Positions 27,727 through 36,315 of a DNA stretch of 64,000 nt are shown here, in pieces (position 1 is the first letter of the stretch; the number at the start of each line of letters is the position of its first letter). A program made the position numbers and the translations under genes. A model generated the notes under the pieces. It worked only from the letters and a program-made list of their open reading frames with translations, had not been told where the DNA came from and ran no database searches. The stretch spans positions 6,820 through 70,819 of the forward strand of contig CAWAUW010000002.1 of assembly GCA_963785335.1 (NCBI GenBank), written 5' to 3'. The DNA is from an uncultured Chlamydiales bacterium. Lineage in GTDB: Bacteria > Chlamydiota > Chlamydiia > Chlamydiales > FEN-1388.

Positions 27727-29979
27727 ATGAATGTTAGTCGTGATGTAATGGGTTCCTTGAGTTCATTTAATAAATTTGAAGAAGCCCAAAGCCAGACTTT
27801 GGATCAAGCTCGATCTTTGTGGCATGCATTTAATCTTAAATTTGAAACAGTCACAGGCGATGAAAGCACACTTAAAATGCAAAGAATTATGCATGCAAAA
27901 AAGCTTGAGACTTGCGGCGTGTTTGACAATGAAAAATCTGAAGCTGCCACAAAAATTGCATCATGGTGGCGTGAATTTAGAAATTCAAAAAAAATGACTA
28001 ATTTTAATCCTAACGGTGCTCATCCAAATGAATTTTACACACTGTTAAGTGGGCATAATGACATTAAAAGAAAATTTGACCACGATAACGACATTGTTTT
28101 ACTAGAAGAGCTTAACACAAATCCATGGCAGTCAAATCGTTTTAGAAACCCTGAAACACACTACAATGCGCTGAACCTCTTTGCCACTGGAAAAATTTCT
28201 TGGCAGCAAAAGGCTACTTTATCCTTGATCATTGATACTGCCCAAGTTTTTGGCGAATTCGAAGCTATTGCACTGTTAAATGAAGAGGGGAATGATTTTT
28301 CTGAGAAAGCCAAACCACTGATTAAAGATTATATTAGATATTTCCCAATTCATACCATTTCTCCTTTTTATGACCCTAGTAATGGATTTTTAACTCCTGA
28401 AGAAACTCGTTTATTATTCGCTTTAGTGCTTCAACTACCAAAATCAGAACAATTTATATTTCACTTCAAAGAACAGCATGGCAACGATTTAAACCCAAAT
28501 GGATCGCCTTCTGCAGATGTTAACGCAAGATTTAGCTATGCTCGATTATTGAACCGCAGCAGCTTAGGTTATCAAGGTGTTTTATTCTTTTCGCATGGCA
28601 TAAGAAATGCCATTGGTCTATCCCATTATGGTGTGGAAGATTGGGTTCCTATTATCCCGCGCCTGGGACTACAAACTATCGACGATGTTGAAACGATAGG
28701 CAAAAAAGGAGGCAGGCTTACTATCAGTGCAGAATCGCACAAACTAGGACTAGTTGGTGCGAAAGTGAATGTACACGGAACTATGCTGGAAAGTCCTGAT
28801 CAATTTGTGCATGATGAATTTCATTCACTTGTTGCTTCAATTTTAGGAAACAAAGTGCTTAAAGCAATTGATACTCTTATTGAACAAACAAGGTCTTACT
28901 TCGGCGTTCGTTGGAGTAAAGATATATGGATCTTAAGAGATGGTGATCTTAGCAAGCTGCAAACCCATGCTCGAGATATAAAAAATAAAACGCCAGAATA
29001 CACTACGAGATTTTTTTCAAGTTGTATAGACTTTAAATATGCCTCCACTCAACTAGACAACTGCCCCCAAGAAGTTCAGAAGTTGGTAGCTAGACGGCCT
29101 TTGCTATTAGGTACAGATGGTTTTCCAAGTCAAATAATTCTTAATTTTGCCCTTGATTTAGTCCTAAATCAAGAAAAATGGTCCAATTTACATATACTTG
29201 CTGAAGAAAAACTTTATACCGGCGTGATGTGCAGATTAATTAGCATGGTCAAATATTTAAAAGTTTTAGATATTTTCAAGGAGCATAACGAGCATAATGC
29301 TAAAGCTCATATTCTGATGTTTGATTATTTTGTGCGAAGCCAAGGACAATGTTACAGTGCCGAAGATGATGGGTTTGATATAAACATTACCTGGTTAGAG
29401 TGGAAAATGCCTAAAAATCCACCGCAAAATATTTTTATGGAAATGCAAGAAATTGGCGACAATGCAGATGATTTTGTGGTTGCAGTCCAAAATAAAAAAT
29501 TGCTGTTTGGTTTTGTTAAAAATCCAAACCCTAGTCTTCAACGCCAAATTGAGAAAAATCCAGCTTTACGTCGTGACAGTGTTTGGGTAAAAGCCCAGTT
29601 TTTAAAAGCTTGTGAAACAGCAAATACAACAGACGTTGCCTATTATTTTGATAAGCTTAATGAATATCACGAATTTGAACTTGTGAACGAGGGGATTTCT
29701 CTTGCCCCTTCTCTTGCATTTTTTGATTGGATAATTAATAAATCGCAATTTCTGAAAATCAGCGAAAAAAATGAGCTATTTCCTGATGACTTTACGGATA
29801 CTTCTGAAACAAGTGATAACAGAGAAAAAGTTAATCCAGATATATGGACAAATAATCATCTCATAGCTCTTAAAGAAAGCCAAACCAACACAGATAATGA
29901 ATTATTTCAAATGAGAACACACTACATTAATTATTTAATTCAAAAACGTAGTTTACTTCAAAGCAAAACAGCTATTTAA
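27727..29979 (+). CDS. Large hypothetical protein (750 aa), candidate secreted effector
   Basis: Long ORF with no signal peptide, no TM segment and no recognisable catalytic motif. Confidence 0.65.
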   Translation: MNVSRDVMGSLSSFNKFEEAQSQTLDQARSLWHAFNLKFETVTGDESTLKMQRIMHAKKLETCGVFDNEKSEAATKIASWWREFRNSKKMTNFNPNGAHPNEFYTLLSGHNDIKRKFDHDNDIVLLEELNTNPWQSNRFRNPETHYNALNLFATGKISWQQKATLSLIIDTAQVFGEFEAIALLNEEGNDFSEKAKPLIKDYIRYFPIHTISPFYDPSNGFLTPEETRLLFALVLQLPKSEQFIFHFKEQHGNDLNPNGSPSADVNARFSYARLLNRSSLGYQGVLFFSHGIRNAIGLSHYGVEDWVPIIPRLGLQTIDDVETIGKKGGRLTISAESHKLGLVGAKVNVHGTMLESPDQFVHDEFHSLVASILGNKVLKAIDTLIEQTRSYFGVRWSKDIWILRDGDLSKLQTHARDIKNKTPEYTTRFFSSCIDFKYASTQLDNCPQEVQKLVARRPLLLGTDGFPSQIILNFALDLVLNQEKWSNLHILAEEKLYTGVMCRLISMVKYLKVLDIFKEHNEHNAKAHILMFDYFVRSQGQCYSAEDDGFDINITWLEWKMPKNPPQNIFMEMQEIGDNADDFVVAVQNKKLLFGFVKNPNPSLQRQIEKNPALRRDSVWVKAQFLKACETANTTDVAYYFDKLNEYHEFELVNEGISLAPSLAFFDWIINKSQFLKISEKNELFPDDFTDTSETSDNREKVNPDIWTNNHLIALKESQTNTDNELFQMRTHYINYLIQKRSLLQSKTAI

Positions 29980-30089
29980 TCTATTGGCTATGCTTCAAGT
30001 ATTTTTTCTCTACGGAATAAGCTTGGCTGTTTTGAGGCTGTCCGGGCACGAAAGCCCTGCTGTTAAAGTGCCAGCTTAGCTCTAAATGA

Positions 30090-30127
30090 GTGTGAGCCAG
30101 TTTCCCCTAAGGGAAACTGGCTCACAC
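30090..30127. terminator. Perfect 17-bp hairpin between convergent genes
   Basis: GTGTGAGCCAGTTTCCC-ctaa-GGGAAACTGGCTCACAC. It lies between the stop at 29979 (+) and the stop at 30160 (-). The flanking U-tract is weak. Confidence 0.6.
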
Positions 30128-30159
30128 GTCCTTGTTCTTTCTATCCTTTTTGGATATTT

Positions 30160-31971
30160 TTAAGGCAGGTTAAATCCTAAGATGTTTGCTGCCTTTATTC
30201 CAGCCATCATTGCTTGCCATCTAGTATTTCCTGTTTCAGGAAATGGATAGATGCTGTTATCTGCTACCATGAGGTGTTTGGTGCCAAAGACATGTAAATC
30301 ATGGCTGCTAATCACTCCATTGGCAAGGGAACTTCCCATTTGGCATGTGCCACTATAATGGTTAGTCATAGTTAGCTGTGAATAGTTAAGAACCGCTCCT
30401 GCATCAAAGGCAAGTTGTGCATCTCCTGCTGCAAAATGGCTTGGAGGTGGATAAAGCATGGTTACCCCGAGTTCTGTAGCAATTTCATTCATAATTTTAA
30501 AAGCTGCTACTGAAGCCGAAAGATCAGACGCTGGATCACTTAAATCTCCATCAGAATATAGGTTAAATCTTATATCCGGAAGAGTAAATGGACTATCATC
30601 CACAATGAAGGCAGTACCTGAGCTTCTAGGCCTTAAATTCCACACAGGACCTGCGAAACCAGGTACACTTTCATCAATTGAGGCTGCTGAAATAAGGCTT
30701 GGAGGAAGGACGGCTAAAGTAGGGAATTCAACAAGCTCAAATCTGCGGACATCATCTCCTGTTCCTGCTGGATCAAAAAAGTTTCTTCCGTCAGTAAAGC
30801 CTAAAATTTCTTGAAAAAATTGATCGCTTGGATTTTCTGGCTGTGTCATGCCATAGAGAATACCATAGTGTTCTTTTAGACCTGTTCCGACTAAAGGATT
30901 GTTAACAAGCACGGGAACATTGACCTTTGGATCTTGGAGTACTGTCCGAGGTCCAATTCCAGATCTTTGCAAAATTGCAGCAGAATGTGGGCACCCAGCA
31001 CATAAGATGACTTCTTTTTTCGCATAGACAATTTGGCCGACATTGCTATTATCGATAAAGTATTCCACACCAATTGCTTTATTTCCTTTGAAAATAACGC
31101 GATGTGCCACGGCATTTGATAAAACGTTCAGTTTTCTTCCATTTTTGCCTTTTCCATCATTTCCCAAAATGGATGTGGGCAAGAAATCTCGTCCATACGT
31201 ACGCTGATTCTGATCAGCCGTTGCAAAATTTTGTGGAGTTGAAATAGCCGTATTTCCATTTGGAACGTTGTAATCGTCAAGAATAGGAGCTCCTGTAACA
31301 TCTGAAAAGACATGCGGAACAAACTCGCTGTCAGACAAATTAGGAAGCACTTGTGAAACTTGTAAAGGTCCTGTGAATCCTCTGTAAGAAGGTTGCTCTG
31401 TGTTGCCAACAAATTTCTCAATAAACTTCATATATGGCAAAAGTGCATTATAACTCCATTGGCTATCCCCAACAGTAGCTGCTAATTCATCCCATCGATC
31501 TGTTGATCCTCTGACATCTACCATGAAATCATGGGCACTTGTGCCAAACCACATTCTTCCAGATGAATACTGTTCAACAGGAAAAAATCCAAAAAGGCCA
31601 ATGTTAGGATTGTTTGGATTATCTTCAGGGCAATTTTTAGTAAGTGCATATTTTGAACTATAGGCCAATTCATCGATTGTTCCAAATATTTCATTTGGGC
31701 CTGCGTTGATGATAGGATCATCCGATCTGTTTACACCTGCTTCTAAGACCAAAACGCTGTTCTTATATTTTCCATTTACAGGATCTGACAAATAGCGGGC
31801 AAGGACGGATCCTGAGCTACCTAAACCTACTATGACATAGTCTGCAACTACTTTTTTATTCTTGTCATTAGAAGAGTTACTTGAACTTGAACTATGATGA
31901 CGACCTGCTTGTAAGGATGTTACTCCCACAAGAGTCATGCACAAGACTCCAAAAATTTTTCGCGCAATCAT
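30160..31971 (-). CDS. Secreted GMC-family FAD-dependent oxidoreductase
   Basis: An AAGGAG SD lies 7 nt before the ATG at 31971. Signal peptide MIARKIFGVLCMTLVGVTSLQA, Ser-rich linker, FAD motif DYVIVGLGSSGS, and a GMC-type C-terminus with the H...N active-site region (NHYSGTCQMG). Confidence 0.8.
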   Translation of the reverse strand: MIARKIFGVLCMTLVGVTSLQAGRHHSSSSSNSSNDKNKKVVADYVIVGLGSSGSVLARYLSDPVNGKYKNSVLVLEAGVNRSDDPIINAGPNEIFGTIDELAYSSKYALTKNCPEDNPNNPNIGLFGFFPVEQYSSGRMWFGTSAHDFMVDVRGSTDRWDELAATVGDSQWSYNALLPYMKFIEKFVGNTEQPSYRGFTGPLQVSQVLPNLSDSEFVPHVFSDVTGAPILDDYNVPNGNTAISTPQNFATADQNQRTYGRDFLPTSILGNDGKGKNGRKLNVLSNAVAHRVIFKGNKAIGVEYFIDNSNVGQIVYAKKEVILCAGCPHSAAILQRSGIGPRTVLQDPKVNVPVLVNNPLVGTGLKEHYGILYGMTQPENPSDQFFQEILGFTDGRNFFDPAGTGDDVRRFELVEFPTLAVLPPSLISAASIDESVPGFAGPVWNLRPRSSGTAFIVDDSPFTLPDIRFNLYSDGDLSDPASDLSASVAAFKIMNEIATELGVTMLYPPPSHFAAGDAQLAFDAGAVLNYSQLTMTNHYSGTCQMGSSLANGVISSHDLHVFGTKHLMVADNSIYPFPETGNTRWQAMMAGIKAANILGFNLP

Positions 31972-32086
31972 ACAATTTCTCCTTGTTTTCATGAATTCTT
32001 TGCACAATACAAAGGTCATTTTTTTCTATTTTTCTGTTGCCACTTCTGACTTATAAATGAGAGTAAAAAATTTATACAAGAAAAAT

Positions 32087-34336
32087 TTATGAAGAAAATT
32101 TATTTTCAACAGGAATTGGAAGTTCAAGGAGGGCTAAATGTTTTTTTGTCCAAGGGATAAGCTTGGTATAGAGGTATTTAGTAAACTCGACTGAATTTTT
32201 TATGCTGCGCTTTACAGCATCAATATATTCTTGGTCATTATAAACGATTACTGAAGGCTGTTTTCCAAGATTAAGGATTGTGTTCATGAAAATTCTTGCT
32301 AACCTTCCACTGCCCTCATCAAATGCAAAAATCCGAATAATTTGCGTGTGTGTCCAGCCTGCAAGGTCCACATAATCGATTGTGTCTTGACTCAAGCGAC
32401 TTTGTAGATCTTGGGCAAAAGTGGTCATTAACGGTTCTATCTCTTTTGGGCCAGGGGGAATGTAGCCGACTGTGTCCCAAATGGCTTTTTCTTGTTCAGT
32501 AAGGTTGCCAAGATTGTTTACATCTCTTTGGACGAGCGTGACTAGGTGTATGAATTTTATGAAGTCTGCACGGGAAAGATTGTCCCTTGCTTTTTCAATC
32601 ATTTTCTCAGGATTACCTGTACCATCAAGAATCATCCAGCCTGTGCGATATTTTCCTAAAGAGGGTGGATCCTCATGCGTTACACGTTGCATGAGTATAT
32701 AGTGAACCATTTTTATTAGCTGCAGCGTCTGTTCAGCATTCTGTTTTAGGATCTCTGGGTTAGATAAAATTGCCTGTTCAATGAAATGTAGGGCATTTTG
32801 GTAGTTGAGATACTTGTGTTCAGATAGATCAAAATGCATTTTTTTCTTTTGCCCATTGATGACAAAAGTAAAGGGAAGGCCTTTTTCAAAAGAAGCTTCT
32901 TCAGATGCATGAAGCGCAAGAACATGGCCCATCGATTTTTTTTGCCCAGAAAGCTCTTGTAGGCATGTTTCAGTGGATGCAGCAGTAGCTTGAATGTCGC
33001 ATCCATCGCGGCCAAGGTTTACAAGCTGTATGCCGGGGTTCATGTACCTGGCTTCGTTTATTATTCTGCGACGTATAGGATCATCAAGATGAGGCAGATT
33101 CTTTTTTGTCCAGGCAAGCTGATTGCGCAAATAGTCTGTAAAAACTTTTCGATCTTTTGTGCCTTCCTGAACTTTTTGTAAATAGACAGTTTTGTTGTTG
33201 AAGACAACAGGAGATTCTTCTGCATAAACAAGAATGGTGTTTAAAATAAGCCTTGAAAGCTTTCCTACACTTATTTGAAAGGGAGAAATTTGGGTAAGCT
33301 CGGCGTGAGCAAAGCTTGCGTGGTCAATAAAATCTCCACCCATTTGCATGCGAGCCTTAAGAGCTTCAGCAAAGCTCATCATTGCCGAGTCAATATTGTG
33401 AGGCATTGTGGCGACAAAAAATACCTTGTTAAGTAAAGCAATATCTTCTTTTGTAAATGAAGATGCATTTTTTTGTGAAAGCTCGCCATACATCTTGACG
33501 AACTTTATATATTCATCTTTTAATGGGAGAGTTTGTTGTACATGGGCGCCAAGTAATTTTCCATGTACTTTATGGGTAAGGATTTTAGTGCTATTTCGGT
33601 ACTTTCCTGGAGAATTACGTTTTTCATAAAAAAGATCATCTGTAAGAATGCGGTGCAGTTTTTGGATTGTCTGCAGCGTGTTGTTGGCTCCTTGTTGAAA
33701 CAACTGCATGTCGTTTACTAACGTAGCCTCAGCATATTTTAGAGCCTTTTCGTAATTTTCGAATTTCCTGGCAGGGATAAGAAATGTAAAAGGAATGGCC
33801 ATACCATCTTGTCGTATGCCAAGGCGTACCACACCTTCTTCATGAGTTGTATTAATGTCAGACTCAGTAAAACGCTCATTATGAGGAGATTTATGCAGGT
33901 AGTGTTCGTACAAAGAGCCGCTCGCAAATTCGCATCGTTCTCGTGAATCAACGCCGGATGCCATATCACAGGCGGTTGTGCCGAGTCTTGCTAGCTGCTT
34001 GCCGGGATTCATATAGCGAGCACTATTAACGAAATAACTTTGAGAAGCTACGTTTGGAACATGCGCCGGAGGAGCTGGAGCCTCGCATTGGCAATCAGCT
34101 GTAGTACTTGATGATATGCAACTTGCCCCTGCAGCTAATGCTGGGGCTATGGGAAGAAGCATCAAGCTTAGACCAATGGCTAAGCCAAAGACAAGTCCTA
34201 CCTTTGCCACTTCTACAGCAGTAGAGGCAAATTTTTTGAATGATCTGCCGAGCCAGCTACTTTCGGTTTGGGAATCTTCTTTTGTTTGGGATAACAGGGT
34301 TGCTTGTTTTTTTGTAATAGAGTAAGTAAAAGTCAT
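32087..34336 (-). CDS. Membrane-anchored protein with two tandem Fic-like domains, both lacking the catalytic His
   Basis: TM segment VGLVFGLAIGLSLMLLPIAPAL. It has two ~320-aa internal repeats, each starting (N)xARYMNPGxQL. Fic-motif positions read ISPFQISVGK (33260-33289) and IFAFDEGSGRLAR (32303-32332). A TTG at 34351 is an alternative start. Confidence 0.7.
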   Translation of the reverse strand: MTFTYSITKKQATLLSQTKEDSQTESSWLGRSFKKFASTAVEVAKVGLVFGLAIGLSLMLLPIAPALAAGASCISSSTTADCQCEAPAPPAHVPNVASQSYFVNSARYMNPGKQLARLGTTACDMASGVDSRERCEFASGSLYEHYLHKSPHNERFTESDINTTHEEGVVRLGIRQDGMAIPFTFLIPARKFENYEKALKYAEATLVNDMQLFQQGANNTLQTIQKLHRILTDDLFYEKRNSPGKYRNSTKILTHKVHGKLLGAHVQQTLPLKDEYIKFVKMYGELSQKNASSFTKEDIALLNKVFFVATMPHNIDSAMMSFAEALKARMQMGGDFIDHASFAHAELTQISPFQISVGKLSRLILNTILVYAEESPVVFNNKTVYLQKVQEGTKDRKVFTDYLRNQLAWTKKNLPHLDDPIRRRIINEARYMNPGIQLVNLGRDGCDIQATAASTETCLQELSGQKKSMGHVLALHASEEASFEKGLPFTFVINGQKKKMHFDLSEHKYLNYQNALHFIEQAILSNPEILKQNAEQTLQLIKMVHYILMQRVTHEDPPSLGKYRTGWMILDGTGNPEKMIEKARDNLSRADFIKFIHLVTLVQRDVNNLGNLTEQEKAIWDTVGYIPPGPKEIEPLMTTFAQDLQSRLSQDTIDYVDLAGWTHTQIIRIFAFDEGSGRLARIFMNTILNLGKQPSVIVYNDQEYIDAVKRSIKNSVEFTKYLYTKLIPWTKKHLALLELPIPVENKFSS

Positions 34337-34446
34337 CAATTTAGTACGCAAAATAAAAAGATAATTTAGATAATAGCATGATATTTGTCAATATAACGAG
34401 GATTTTTAGATTGTTCCTTTTATGAAACAGCTTCCCTACATCTTGT

Positions 34447-35988
34447 CTATTTATTTAAAAGTGATTGCAAAGCAGCATCTAGTGATAAAGGCGCCGGACC
34501 ATAGCTTGCCGCTGCTGCTGCAAAGTTTGGAAAAATACTTGCATCTTGACTTGAGCCTAAGCAAATCAAACACACTTTATTCTTGTAGTGCTCTAGTTTC
34601 TTAAACAATTCAAGCTGTTTGGGAAATTTCCATGCATTTGCACTTAAAGCTATAATTACATCAGCAGCATCTGCTGCCTTTAAAACTTGCTCAATTTGTT
34701 CGTGTGATGGCTCAGATAGTTTATAGTAGGCAAACAGGTCAGCTTTTGCGGCAATTTGCATATTTGCAATTTCATAGGTAAGGGTATCCGGTGCAATGAT
34801 AGCAATTTTTTTGCCAGATAAGCTGCAGCCATGATTATACAAACACTCAGCACTTTGCGATGCAATTTCTTGTACAAACTTTGCATGCAGAAAGTTATTT
34901 ATATTATGAGATGTTACAAGCGGATATGAGCTTTTAAGCTTTAAAATGCGCCCAAGAGATGCATTAAGCCTTTCGTGTGTGATGCGCCCATCTTTTACTG
35001 CCTCTACAAGTGCTTTATGAACACTAAGTATAGATGATGCCGAGCCAAGTGATGATTTAGAAAACCCTCCCGCTACTGTCAAAAGGTCACATCCAGCATT
35101 AAAGGCTTTAATTGCCGCATTTTCTAAGCTTGATGCCTGTAAAAGCGCGCCGTCCATCAATAAAGAATCACTTATTATAACACCATTAAAGCCAAGTTTC
35201 TTTCGCAAAACACCCTCTAATAGCTTTTCAGAAAATGATGCGCAGTTATCAGGATCGATAGCTGGGACTAAAAGATGTGCAGTCATTATTACCTCAGCAT
35301 CAGATGCAAGCTTAGCAAAGGGATAAAGTTCGACTTTCTCAAAATCAGCAAGAGAATGATTTGACACTGGCAAACCCTTATGCGAATCGACTGCCACATC
35401 TCCATGGCCAGGAAAATGCTTTAACGTGGCAATTACGCGAGCTTCCTTGTACCCTTTAAGAGCCCGTCCACCAAATAGGGCAACTTCGTTTGGCAAACTA
35501 CCAAATGATCGAATGCCTATTACTGGATTTGCGGGATTTGTATTTACATCTACAACAGGCGCCAAATTCATGTTAATGCCCACAGCACTGAGCTCTTGCC
35601 CAAGATATAGAGCCATACGTTCTGCAAATTCAGGCTTTTGAGTACGCCCAACTGCCCAATTACTCGGAAAATATGTAAAGCCATTTTTTAGATGTGTGAT
35701 TGGGCCGCCTTCCTGATCAATAGCAATAAGCAGGGGAATGCGTGATAAATTTTGCAGGCCTTGCGTTAAATTTCGCACCTGCTCAGGACTTGTAAGGCCG
35801 TTTGCAAACTTAAAAAATACAAAACCTCCAACATGTGCCTGCTGTATCAAAAGCTTGGCATCGTCGTTTATTTCCTCACCCAAAAAATGCACCATGAGCA
35901 GCTGGCCAACTTTTTGCTCAACAGACATATCAGCAATAGATGCATTACATAAAGAAAAGCAACAAAGAAAGAGCACAACAAATTTCAT
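34447..35988 (-). CDS. nagZ: Glycoside hydrolase family 3 beta-N-acetylhexosaminidase (NagZ-like) with signal peptide and C-terminal domain
   Basis: MKFVVLFLCCFSLCNA signal peptide. Motifs: IDQEGG, APVVDV, KHFPGHGD and ISDSLLM. Confidence 0.85.
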   Translation of the reverse strand: MKFVVLFLCCFSLCNASIADMSVEQKVGQLLMVHFLGEEINDDAKLLIQQAHVGGFVFFKFANGLTSPEQVRNLTQGLQNLSRIPLLIAIDQEGGPITHLKNGFTYFPSNWAVGRTQKPEFAERMALYLGQELSAVGINMNLAPVVDVNTNPANPVIGIRSFGSLPNEVALFGGRALKGYKEARVIATLKHFPGHGDVAVDSHKGLPVSNHSLADFEKVELYPFAKLASDAEVIMTAHLLVPAIDPDNCASFSEKLLEGVLRKKLGFNGVIISDSLLMDGALLQASSLENAAIKAFNAGCDLLTVAGGFSKSSLGSASSILSVHKALVEAVKDGRITHERLNASLGRILKLKSSYPLVTSHNINNFLHAKFVQEIASQSAECLYNHGCSLSGKKIAIIAPDTLTYEIANMQIAAKADLFAYYKLSEPSHEQIEQVLKAADAADVIIALSANAWKFPKQLELFKKLEHYKNKVCLICLGSSQDASIFPNFAAAAASYGPAPLSLDAALQSLLNK

Positions 35989-36088
35989 GTGAAAGACCGT
36001 AATTTTAAGCAATGATAGCAGATAATTTCATCACAACACAAGGGGCTGATGCATAATTCACAACTAAAATTTTTTAAGACCCCTTTTT

Positions 36089-36279
36089 GACCGCAGGTCT
36101 TTGGAGTGCTGCGATTCTTCGCAGCTCTTAATTTTGCAGTAGACTTCAACCTCAATAACGCCCCAAGCAAATAATAGCCCCTAGAAATACCGTGAAGGTT
36201 GCATTGGGCGTTATTGAAGTTGAGGTGTGTGCAAAATTAAGAGCTGCGAAGAATCGCAGCACTCCAAAGACCTGCGGTC
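36089..36279. repeat. 191-bp near-perfect palindromic element, family B
   Basis: The arms are GACCGCAGGTCTTTGGAGTGCTGCGATTCTTCGCAGCTCTTAATTTTGCA... and their complement. The terminal ~21 nt are shared with family A. Confidence 0.9.
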
Positions 36280-36315
36280 AAAAAAAAGTCCAATGCAATA
36301 GGGGTCCTACCGACT

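Noticed and set aside
28800-28830. HDEFH in the 750-aa protein as a possible zinc-metalloprotease motif
   Set aside because: The motif is H-D-E-F-H, not HExxH: the Glu is one position off. No downstream third ligand motif is recognisable.
36089-36279. Palindromic elements acting as classical rho-independent terminators
   Set aside because: None of the family A, B, C or F elements is followed by a U-tract on either strand. Family B has the T-run before, not after, the hairpin. Terminator function is therefore not supported by sequence alone.
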